Source: Vairimorpha necatrix
Lineage: Eukaryota
NCBI GenBank assembly: GCA_036630325.1
Contig: CP142731.1
Span: 806,001 to 870,000, forward strand
Direction of reading: 5' to 3'
DNA: 64,000 nucleotides
The notes under the pieces were generated by a model. It was given only the letters and a program-made list of their open reading frames with translations. It made no database searches and was not told the origin of the DNA. Positions 46,192 to 57,897 of this stretch are shown piece after piece; positions within the stretch are counted from its first letter, which is position 1, and each line of letters starts with the position of its first letter. Made by a program: the position numbers and the translations under genes.

Positions 46192-49100
46192 TGTAGGGTT
46201 TAGAACCCTTAATAAATAAATGGTTAACATGGCGAACACAAGGATGAACAGGGAAACAAGAGAGTCCCGTAGTCAAGAGGCTAGAACATTAGAGAAAGAG
46301 GCAATTAGGATAGATAAGAGACTAAAGTTAATATTGAAAGTTGAGAAAGTTGAGTGGAAAGATGTTATGGATTTGGCATCTGCGAACTTGCAGGATTATA
46401 TTTTTGAAAATTTTTGTGACGGAAGGAGCAGTTGGGAGGAAATTTATAAAGGCTTACAAAAAGGAGCAGAATTTGAGAGAGAGTCAGAAGAAAGACAAGA
46501 AATGATTAAAGAGATTATGGATAAAGTGTTGAAAGAGTTTAGGGAAGAAAGAAAAGAAAATCTTAGGATGTATAGGAAAAGAAGAGAAATCAGAGAAACT
46601 ACAAAATGTTTTATATGTAAGAAAGAAGGGCATTACGCTAGAGAATGTCATGAAAGTGTAGCTGGTAGGGAAAAATATAAAATTAAAAAGGAACATGTTT
46701 TACAGAAAGAACCAATTATCAACAATGAAGGGAAAAGATGTAAAACAGTAAATAAGTTAGAAAATTTAATTGAAAAGTATCCGGAAGTTTTTAAAGAATC
46801 AGAAGAAAAGATAAAATATCTCACAGGAGAGAAGTGTCCAATAAATACTAAGCAAGGTGAAAAGGTTGTGAAAAGAGGGCAGAATGTGCCATACTACCTT
46901 AGGGTGAAATTTGAGGAGTACTTGAATAAGTTGAAAATAGAGGGGTTATAAGACGTTCCAAAAGTGAGTGGAGGAGTCCAATAAGAGCACTTGAAAAACC
47001 AAATGGGGACGTAAGATTGGTAAGCAATTTGATGGCGTTAAACGATTTGGTTGACAAGGACCCGTACTCACTACAGTTAATTAAGGATATTATGAGAGCC
47101 ACACAGGGGTCAAAAGTATTTACGGTTATCGACTTAAAAGAAGGGTTTTATCATATTGAGATTGAGGAGCACCATAAGCACAAAACAGCATTTGAAGTGA
47201 ATGGTCGAGTATACGAATGGAATAGTATGGTTATGGGGTTTAAGAATTCGCCTCATATAATGCAGAGAGTAATGAACAGAGTTTTAGATGAATTCAGAGG
47301 TAAAGGCGTGGAAGTATATATGGATGATATAGTTATTCATGGTAAAGACGTAAGAGTGCATGACGAGTTACTAGAGAGGGTAATTAAAAAGTTTAAAGAG
47401 TGTGGGTTGAGAATAAACCAAACAAAGATACAATACAAAAAAGATGAGGTGATGTTGCTGGGAGTAACAATTAATGGGGAGGTCATGGGACCGAATGAGA
47501 TTAAAAAGCAGGAGGCATTGGAATATAGAAAACCTGAGAATGTTAGAGAGTTAAGAAGATTTTTAGGACTAACTGGTTGGTTTAGAGACTTTATTCCCAA
47601 CTATGCGTATAGAACAGTAAGGCTTACTGAGGCTTTAAAGAAAGATGTTAAGTGGAATTGGACGGAGGATATGGAAAGAGCCTTTGAGGATATGAAGCAA
47701 GGCTTGAGAGATATGAAAAAGTTGAAGATTCCGGACGGAAAAAAGCTATTTAGAGTAAGAACTGATGCGTGTGATACGGGGATCGGAGCAATTCTATTAC
47801 AAGAAAATAAAGAGGGTGAGTGGATTCCGATACAATGGGCATCGAAAATGTTGACTCCTACCGAGCGAAGATATACGATAAGTGAGAAGGAGATGTTGGC
47901 GGTGTTTTTTGGAATAAAGAAGTTTGAAAGTGATTTGAGAGGAAGGAAATTTCATTTGATGACGGATCATAAAGCATTAGCAGAGATCAGAAATAAGCCA
48001 TACTTCAATAATAACAGAATAAACAGATGGGTAGAACAGATACAAGAGTTTGACTTTACAATAGAGTATGTGAAAGGGGAGTTGATGACAGATGCAGATG
48101 CGTTAAGTAGGCAGTATGATCAGGTAGAAGTTTCGGATGAACAAAAAGAAAAGGACAACAAGAGAAAAGAAGTGATCGAAAAACAAATTTTGGGAAAAAA
48201 GCAGAAACATATTAAAGAAAAGGACGGTAAACAGTATTGGGAATTTTCCACAGGTGAGGTGAAAGAGATATTGAGCCTAGATAGTAGAGAACATGAAATA
48301 ACAAGAGTACATGAGGAGTTAAACCATAGAGGTGTCAAAGGCACTTATTATAACATTAAACAAAGATGGTATTGGCCTGGTATGAAAGATCATATTAATA
48401 ATGTAATTAAGAATTGTGAAATATGTGGGATTAACAATAGGAAAAACACAGGAGGATGTGATTTCGTAGTAACTAGAAAGAAATTGGAGAAAGTGGCGTT
48501 GGATTTAATGGACATAGGTGGAGAGAATAGGTATGTGTTACTGGGTATTGATTACTTTACTAGAAGGTTGTGGGGTTCGAATTTGAGATGTAAAGAGAGT
48601 AGTGAAGTTATAGAGGTATTACAAAAGTGGATAAGGGAAGATGGATTTCCAGAGGAATATGTGACAGACAACGGAAAAGAGTTTGTAAGTAATAGATTTA
48701 AAGAATGGTGTAGTATTAATGATATTAAACATAGGAAAGTGGGCTTAGAAGCTCATAGGAGTAATGGTAGAATCGAGAGATGCATCAGAACTATAAGAGA
48801 GACATTGATAAAGCAAAATGATGGGAATATTTCTGAAAAGATAGAAAGAGCAATCAAAGGATATAATAATACACTACATACAGCAATAAAATGTACGCCG
48901 ATGGAAGCGTGGAGAGATCAAACTGCTGAAGTTATAATTGAAAATGATGAAAATGGAAAATATGCTGGTCGGTTCAAGAGAAGACACAGAGAGACATTTA
49001 CAGTAGGCCAAGAGGTAAGAATCGCTAGAAGAGAAAATTTAGGTACACGTGCGAAAACAGACAAGGGAAGATTCACGGGTCGCGGAAGGATCGTAGCTAT

Positions 49101-49265
49101 AAGTGAAAATGATTCATATATTGTGAGACTACTGGATGGTAAAATTGTTAAAAAGAGGCATTATGATTTGAAAGAGATAAGGAAGAGTTGTTTAGAAGAT
49201 GGAGAGACTACCCGTCTGGAGGGGGGATGTAGGGTTTAGAACCCTTAATAAATAAATGGTTAACA
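46192..49265 (+). mobile_element. Ty3/gypsy LTR retrotransposon with identical 38-bp LTRs
   Basis: TGTAGGGTTTAGAACCCTTAATAAATAAATGGTTAACA at 46192-46229 and 49228-49265; TSD TATGA; PBS TGGCGAACAC; PPT GGAGGGGGGA. Confidence 0.95.
46229..49239 (+). CDS. Gag-RT-RNase H-integrase polyprotein, one frameshift near 46935, no protease
   Basis: CFICKKEGHYAREC; GVIRRSKSEWRSP; YMDD; TDACDTGIGAIL; HHCC; TDNGKEF; SNGRIER. Confidence 0.85.
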
Positions 49266-50306
49266 TATGATAATAAATGGTGAGTTGACCATACATAAGG
49301 CATTGCATAGTGTATATCCAGGCACCAGAATAAGACTTTGTGTCTTTCATTATTCACAGGCGGATTTTAAAAAATTTAAATCATTGGGATTTTCTAAATT
49401 GTACAAGAATGATAAGATTTTTAGATTTTATATCAAATGTTTGCTTTGTTCAATATTCATTATTGAAGAAAAAATATATATTACATTTAAATATTTAGTT
49501 AGGTTAATATGTCGCGATTATAGTGGACATGCAATTAAAAAATTTCTTAACTATTATATAACGAATTGGTTAAATAAAGACTTTTTCCATTATAACGATA
49601 TGAAAGAAAGAATAGAATATTATATACCATTTACAAATAATGGAGCGGAAGGTTTTAATTCTTCATTAAAAAAAGAATTGAGATCACCACATCCAAGTTT
49701 AACTGAGCTTTTAATGTGTTTGAGAAATTGTGATTTTTTAAATGAAATATACAAACATAATATTAAAAGCAAGAAAAACAATTCTATAACAAAGACCAGA
49801 AATTCAAAAATAATAATAAAAATAGAAGATTTAAAAGACAATGATTGTTTGGAAGTTTTAAAAGAAATTACATCTCTATATAACTTTAAAGATGATATTT
49901 TACAATAAATTTGATCATTTTGATTTCTCCTTTTAAGGGCTATTTTTTTTCAAATTTTCTTTTATAATTTGGCGGACTTTTCCCCTTACGGCCGAGAAGA
50001 CTATATTAAGTATGTATAATGTCAATTTTATATATTATTACGAACAATATCATTTAACAAGCTTAATTTATATTATAATCGTTGATGATGTTACTGCAAA
50101 ACAAAACAAAAGCTTAACTAATGCATCTAAGTAACTTCTTCATAATTTAAAAATATTAAATAACATATTTTGACTCGTTATACAAATCGTCCCGAAATAT
50201 TCAACGATTTATTTATTTAATTTCTTGCAATTATAATATTAATTTGGATACATATTTATCATAAAGATTTTACTTTATTATGAAATAAATTGAAAAAAAC
50301 AAAATT

Positions 50307-50572
50307 TTATTCCGATAATTCATTAATTTCAGGATAATAATTTTCAACTCTATAATTGATGACGTTTCTTAAGTAATTATTCGGATATCTTCTGTTATTT
50401 TGTAAATCTAAGTTAGTTAAAGGATGATAATAAAAATTCCTAAATAAAATGAAATCAAGACCATACTGATCATAATAGCCTGTACAATGAGTATATATTT
50501 ATGAAAATCAGAAAGTACTTTCCCATATGATAGCTCTGCATTATTTACTATTTCTCCAAATATATTTGACAT
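50307..50572 (-). pseudogene. Frameshifted paralog of the 54199-54465 small TM protein
   Basis: MSNIFGE..KYILIVQAIMI then other frame FILFRNFYYH..TNL..PEINELSE*; 1-nt deletion near 50453. Confidence 0.75.
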
Positions 50573-52443
50573 ACCCCTTAAATATATTTTTTTTAACCTT
50601 ATTTTAGATTAAAAGTCAAATGCCTATATACTTGTTGATTTTGTTATAGAAAAGTAGCAAGTATTTAAAACTAATTTTTTTAGGCTTAGAAATTTGCAAA
50701 ATTCCCTTATACTATTATCAAGCTTTTGCTTGGATAAGAAAAAATATAAAGAAAGTATTTTTAATGTAAGCTTCGGAGGATCATCCCATCGAAATTCAAT
50801 CTCCTTAGGAGCAAACCCCTATTAAAAGATTAAGAATTTGACATTTATAATAAAATACTGTAATATAGAGACATTAAAAAACGGTAATCATTATTAGGCC
50901 GTGGCAGTCTCAACACAAATTTATTAGTCCTGCGGCTATAACCCTAAGGGTTATAAAGTCATTTGAATAGACTAAATCTACTATAGATAATGAAATTAAA
51001 AGCTTGACAAATGTACTTAAACAAAATTATTGAATGAATGAATAATAAGAAATTTTTTTTAAGAATCATTTTTTTATGCTTAAAAATTATGAAAAACAAT
51101 TCCGATTTAACGGCCACATAAACTCGATGTAAAAATATTTCTATTTAATTGATTTTAATTTTAAAGCAATTTTTAATGTGTTTTTTAATTATCTAATATT
51201 AGTGTTGAGCCCATTTTATTCATATTTTCTATATTTTAAATTTTAGGAAAATCTATTTACAAATTATTAACATCTATCTAGTCATAATTAAAAATTTTAC
51301 AAATGAGAAATTTATATTTGTAATGATAACGAGACCTTAGTAATAGACAAATCAAAGCTAAATCTATGCATCTATAGTGTAGGTGGGCATGATGAAAGTA
51401 TAGAGAAAGTAGTGTCAAATGCGTAGTCAAGCATCATAATATTATTCGATACAATAAAATTTAAATTTCGACAGAATTTTCGAGAGTGTCTTTATGGCAT
51501 ATTTTTATTCATATTGGTTATGTTACACTAAGCTACAACAACTTGGTCATTAATATAAAACTGTAGATTTATGAAAAATTAATATAGTAGTAAAAATTTT
51601 ACAGAAATACAATAAACAACATTTCTTCGAAATCAAATCCTTTTTAAGAGAACATTAAACTAATATCTTTCCAAGAGGGCAAATGCTTATTGATAGTTTT
51701 AATATACTTATATTATTTATGTTGTAAATTGAGATTAATTTTTTTTATAAAAATAAAAATTTTGTTTATTTTTTCGTTTTTTTGAATTTATAGTCTTAAT
51801 TTTTTTGGCAAAAGTATTTAGCTAAATAGGTTTTACCTTTTAAAAGCGTCTTAATAAATAAGATTTAAAAGTATTGAAAAAGCTATTAAACATTAAAAAA
51901 AAGACAAGTATTTACTGATGGATGTGTCAAGTTGGATAGGATGCGTTTAGAACATTATTGAAAGACCCGAATTCAATAAAAATTATGTCGATAAAGAAAA
52001 TTTTGAAAAATCTTTACTAATAACTAAGATCTAGAAATGAATATAAAGACCTTAGAGCAAATTCATTTGAAGAACATATTCGTAGTAAAATAAAATTTAA
52101 ATGAAAATTTTGAAGATATAATTTTAACAGATTGTATCAATATTGTTCAGTGAATGAAATCCATTAATATATGTAAGGTAAATGTATATGCACCCTAATA
52201 TCAAAACATATGAACAAATACTAAAATAAATAATAAAAGGATATTTTGATAGAGTCTGTTATGTTCAACCAGAAATTTAATCTACTTGCACAAAACAAAC
52301 CTACTTTACACATTATAATCTACTTTATTTACGGAAAAGCACGCTTTAACATCAAAATTGAAGTAAAATTTAATAAATAAATTTATAGCATTTATTTCAA
52401 AATTAACATTTATTTATAATAGCTATTATTAAGTGTATTTTCT

Positions 52444-53380
52444 TCAATTTACTTCCACTGACGCGCACTCTATATGGTCACATATTCTTCTAGCTACCTC
52501 TACTATGTTCTTGGTTCCAAATCCTCCTATGCCAATCCTCTGCTGGTGTTCAAAGGAGATGCTCTCTAGTGTCTTGTTTATAATTCTTATTTGGAAGTGA
52601 GTTTCGATACTAGTCGATAGGCCGATGGCATTAACATAATTGCTGTGATATTTTGTCACAATTCCGCCCAATCCATGACGTATATTATTATTAGAACTTT
52701 GCACTTGTACATTATGCCCAATTCATTTGCTAAGATATCGTACTTTCTGTAATTTTTTTTGGATATTATTCCTATTTCGATTAGCGTTATTTTTTTTATT
52801 TTTCTTGTTTAGTACAAATATATCAGGCTTTATAAATTGTACCTTTACATCAATGTTGATCCTTGTGTCTACTCGAATTTCTGCATTATCATTAGCTATA
52901 ATATCTTGCACGAGTGCTTCGTATTTTCTTAGACTATTTTAGTCCATACTTTAGGCAAAGTTGGAGGTGGGTGCATCTAACTGCTTCATTGTACCTCTGG
53001 TATAATTAAACGATAGAATAATATGTCATCTTGTTGCTAAGAGGTCTACTGTCTTTCTTTATTCTTTCAGTGTAGGCAATTCACTGATTCTCCAAGAAAA
53101 ATACTTCTAATTTGCACTAAGCTTAAAGCCCCCTCTTCTGTTGCTCTAGTATTTCCGCCTCTTAACCACAAAAAACCTTCCCTTATAGAAACATTGGGAT
53201 TTATAGACTGTCCATATAACTTTTTATAATATATTTTGTTTTTGATATCGTTATTCAGTCTGCTTTTTTGCTTGTTGTTTAACATTTTCGCATTGATTAC
53301 TTGGTCTTTCTTTTCGCACTTTTCTTTAAGATAGGGTATAATGAGCGCTAAATGTGGCTTGTTTTTAGTATATACCTTGG
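52444..53380 (-). mobile_element. Decayed 3' fragment of RLE-type non-LTR retrotransposon (R4/NeSL-like)
   Basis: Fragments LWLRGGN..EEG..Q.R, Cys-region remnant, IRVDTRI..KPDIFVL (restriction-like endonuclease); many stops and frameshifts. Confidence 0.7.
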
Positions 53381-54198
53381 CGTTTATTTTATTAATATAT
53401 AGAATCTAATATAATTAAAATAAAAAATATACTTAATACATACACATTTGGGTCGTATTTTTTTAAATTTAATCATACAAAGAAGGAGGAAGAACAATAA
53501 AACAATAACCATTATTTCTCACATTATAAATAAATATTGTCTTTTTAAAATTAAATTGTAGCCGGTTATTACATTTTAATCGCCAACCAAATAACCTCCG
53601 TTTAGGGCGTGTAAACCTTTAAAGATATTTATAAAAATCATCTTTGTAAATGTTATTTCGTTAGAAAATGATTACAAGCCAGATATAGCACAATATAGCT
53701 TTCCAGAGCTCATTTTTAAATGTTTATATAATGTATAAAAGATTTATAAAATTAAGTCAAATAAGTTATTATAAGTGATTAAGTAGCGATAACACGCTTC
53801 GAAATCTAATTTTATAATTTAATGTCAATTTCATTTTTTTATTCAATTCAGGCAGTAATTTCGCCTTTTCTGAATATCGTCTTTGGTCAAAAATCAAAAA
53901 TTTACGACCTCAATATGTGTAATTTGTAAATATTCGAACTTCACCTAGTTTAAACGACGACTTTTCTATTCTTTAAGAAAGTAAAATTTATAATATAAAT
54001 GAATAATAGGTTATATTTCTCTCAGTTTTAGATTATAAATCTAAAATAATTAAATGATTTTTTATAATTGGTCATAAAATGATCAAAACATTATTTTTAT
54101 GATTCAAATCTTCAAAATAAAAATATTAGAAAAAATATTATTTTTAATTTTTTATTAAACAATTTATAAAATAAATGTTTTATTAAATAAATATTTTA

Positions 54199-54465
54199 TT
54201 ATCCTAATTCATTAATTTCTGGCCGATAATCGCCAACGAAATTATCATCATAGTTTCTTTGACCATTATTCGCATTCCTTCTAGTTGAACGTAAAAATAA
54301 ATTAGTCATGATATGTAGATAATAATCTCTAAAAAAAATGAAAATTAAAAGAATACAAACCATTATCAACTCTACAAGTATCGTATATTTATTCAAATCT
54401 TTAATTACTTTAGGTTTGTATAGTTTTGCATTGATATTTATTTTTTCTCCATAGATATCTGACAT
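54199..54465 (-). CDS. Small single-TM hypothetical protein
   Basis: 88 aa, one TM, GGG before ATG, paralog at 50307-50572. Confidence 0.7.
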   Translation of the reverse strand: MSDIYGEKININAKLYKPKVIKDLNKYTILVELIMVCILLIFIFFRDYYLHIMTNLFLRSTRRNANNGQRNYDDNFVGDYRPEINELG

Positions 54466-57046
54466 AACCCTTTAATTTCACGTTTTTTTAATTAGTTAAA
54501 TGATTTTTGAAAAATAAACATACGTTTTATTATATACTATTGTCATATTTAACAAATTTTAAAGGACAAAAAAACTTTCAAATAATATTTTTATTGTAAA
54601 ATAAATTTTGTATATAATTATCGTAAAATTACAAACTGAAACCTTAAATTTTATGTTTATAGCTAGTATTAATGTTTTTTATTTTATACATTGAACATTT
54701 TATAACTTTAAAAGTTATATAAAATATCAATAATGATGCATTGCGCAGAAAGTTTTAGTCTGCAATATTATACAATTCTAGTGATGGTTTGTTGTGAATA
54801 CATCTCAATAAAACGCCAGAAGTATATATGATAAGAACAAAACGTATGGATGTGTATATAAAATAAAATCCCATTAAAATAATTAATGAAAAATATTTCT
54901 AATTGTATATTGAATTTATTTTTGCAGTTATTTGTTGTAGTTTGATTAATTTACTTGAATGGTTATTACACACATTTTTTCTAAATACGTTCTTATTGAT
55001 ATTCTTACTAAATATTGCATCATTTAGATTGTCAACATTATATTTTATATTATTATGTACATAAATGCACAGAAAAAATATTATATTTAGGTCAAGACAA
55101 AAGTAAATTTTAAAATATGTTTACTTCGCAACAAAATCTATCTATTAATCGACATTCAGATTATTAAATTTGTTTTATATAACAAAAGCATCATCTTACT
55201 TGACTTTGTATAATTGTTTTGGATCCATAATCTTTGTTTGTAGTAAAATGCCTCATCTTTGTATATTTAACATTTATTTTTTTAACTTTTTTTATTATTA
55301 TCCACTTAAAGATTCTATCGTCAACATAAACACTATTTATAGAACAATTTAGTTATTAATAAAGAACAATAAAGCCTATTTTATGTATTATGCCCCGTCT
55401 AAAACACAATATACCTACTTTTATGAGTATTAAAAATAAAAATCTAAAATTTAAGTTAAAATGATAAAAGTTTATTAAAATAATAAACTTAAATTAATAC
55501 TATTGATAGATTTTGCAAAAAACATCCACCAAATGTTATCTCAGTATCTGGCAGATCTTATTTTTATTCAGTTTAATTTCTTTCCTTTAAATAACTCTTA
55601 CACTTTATCACAACAATTGCGCATTGTCAAAAAACCTAATATTCTCGCTCGGTAATTTAAACGGATATGACACAAAGATATATGTAATTGATATTAACTA
55701 GCTATCTATTTTTCAAAGATTAACTAGAGCGTGAGGTTATATAGTTTTTTATTTTGCGTAACAGACTTTAACATCATGTATCTGAAATGTTAGACAATTA
55801 ACCTGTCAAAAACCTCACATGCGGCAAATAGTTGTAATTTCAATAAAATTCAACAAAAACATAGTAATACTTTATAGCTATAGACATTTTCATTTTGAGC
55901 TAGAGCTACAATGCCAATTTGCAGCAATGGCCCAAAAACTATCAATTTGGGCCACTAAACTTTATAGACATTTATTAATTATTTTTTATAATTTGTCGTC
56001 ACAGCATCTAACTAATTAAAAAAAGCATTTTTGTTGAATCATTTTAAGTATAAACGAAAAACTTGCAAACCCCTCACGATTTTTATAAAAACTCTCCTTT
56101 TTCGTAGTAAAAGTTGAAAATTTCCTTTCATTTGTCATTCCTCTTTCTTGCGATTTTTATTTTTTACCTGAAGGTAAACTTGTAGAAACAATTTTAACTA
56201 TAAAAACTAAATATAAGTCATGATATTATTGCACTAAAAACCACCTTATTTACATTTGTAAAATATAAAGATCATCCATTAGATGTTAAAATTATAAATA
56301 AAACACAATTAAAAATCGTATTTGCCATTTATCGTTTTACGAGTTAAAAATTATCATGGAATCTCCAATTTACATTATATGCACATTACAACATTTTTTT
56401 TGTAAAACACTATGTAAAATATTTTTTGTTCGTTTTCCTCGGGGCTTATGTAGCCGATTTGTATTGATTTTAATATTTTTGTGACATGAAACTAAAGAAA
56501 TATACATAAATCCATCAAGTCATTAAATATTAAATATAATAACGCATACCAGAATAAAATTTGTAATAAAAATTCTTTAAAATATAAGCGACTCTGGTTC
56601 CGTTGACTTAGTATTACCCTTTTGATATATTCTACATATTGTAGATGTTATGCAATTTATAAGTTGTAAATGAGTATATTTTGCTTCTATTGTTAATTTT
56701 TATATTTATATTGCAAAACATATTAGTTTTTTAAATGCTTATCAAAAATTTTTCCAAAGGAGTGATAAAGATCTTTAGCTTAAAGCGCCTCTTAAAACAA
56801 TTTCGCGTAAATCTATTTATTATTTTATATATAGAACTTTTTTAATAGTAAATTTCGTATTATTTTATATGAAGCATGCTCTATCAATACATGTTTGCAA
56901 GTATAATTTCCCGATAACAACAAATTTTATAACTTAACAGGTAGATACATTTTTTCACTAAAAAAATATCAAATATTGTAGTTTGTAAACAGATGTAATA
57001 AATATTCAATTCAAGATGAATGCAATTTATTGGACAAAAAGCAGTT

Positions 57047-57897
57047 TTAATCAAAAAATACATTAAGTCTTTCTGTATCTACGTGTGATGCATCAAATTT
57101 ATCGCGATTTTTAATTTTTTTTATTATTTTAGCTCTAATTACATAAAATAGTATTAATAAAGTGTAGCAAGCTTCAAGTATAAACAACAGACTAGCAAAA
57201 ATAAAACTATAAATGAGTGAAAATACTATTATGGCAGCTACCCCTAAGCACCACAAAACAATTAATACAATAAAAGAGATAAAATCATATTTCCCTTTAA
57301 AATGTGCCATACTAGAAAAAATATGATCTAAAAATAAGACTATAAAATTTATAAGATTAAAAATGCTAACATATTTCTTATTTTTGGCAAATAAATCTTT
57401 TATAATTAAAAAACCTAACCATACCAATGTGCCCTTTTTACCCGAACTTATCATTTCATCAAAGACATAACGATTAATAAATAAAAAATCGAGACCAGCT
57501 CTTTTATTGTACAAATGATACAATACATCGTTATTTTGATTGGTTGTAATTAACAAAAAAACTAAAGTTGTACAATGTATTATAATGGAAATTATAACTT
57601 TAGTATTAAACTTAGCTATGATACCTATGTAGATTATGAAAACTAACGAAAAAATTTTTACGATTCTGAGAGTAGTCCTGTAACCCAAGCCTTTTATATA
57701 GTAAAATCCAGTATAAAATCCTATTTCCATAATAAGTAAAATTTTCGAAAATGTCAACAAATATTTTGCCATTAATAATTTATAGTCTGTTCGTTCAAAT
57801 GCTTTAAATTGATCGAGTACAGATCTTGTAACAAGAATATTATTATTAAACTTGAGAAATACAGTACCATATAAATAAAATGTTGTAAATTTTTCAT
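57047..57897 (-). CDS. Multi-pass membrane protein, paralog of 36457-37305; apparent frameshift near 57843
   Basis: ATG 57897 after CCC gives MKNLQHFIYMVLYFSSL (matches MKHLKYITYTILYFTSL); continues in another frame NILVTRS..MAKYLLTFSK. Confidence 0.75.

Larger units (their letters stand above)
45429..49908 (+). pseudogene. MULE transposase (FLYWCH + MULE DDE) split by retrotransposon (45429-46191 + 49271-49908 = 466 aa)
   Basis: WSCFLKNC..HNH; VDGTF..P..FFQLF; RLCVFHYSQ; TNNGAEGFNSSLK; halves rejoin in frame at TSD. Confidence 0.88.
45165..49990 (+). mobile_element. Mutator-like (MULE) DNA transposon with nested LTR retrotransposon
   Basis: TIRs GGAAAAGTCCGCCAAA.TATAAAAGAAAATTTGAAAAAAATAGCC at ~45172-45216 and ~49938-49983; flanked by 79-bp direct repeats. 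Confidence 0.85.

Noticed and set aside
46192-46210. TAGGGTTTAG in the micro-LTR as a telomeric repeat bound by the Myb paralogs
   Set aside because: Only about one repeat unit; explained equally well by the hairpin and CCC motif, with no supporting evidence
46925-46951. Programmed -1 gag-pol frameshift
   Set aside because: The shift falls inside the RT N-terminal region and lacks an X XXY YYZ heptamer; an indel is more likely
45165-49990. This MULE as the autonomous partner of MITE family A
   Set aside because: Its TIR sequence (GGAAAAGTCCGCC) does not match the MITE TIRs
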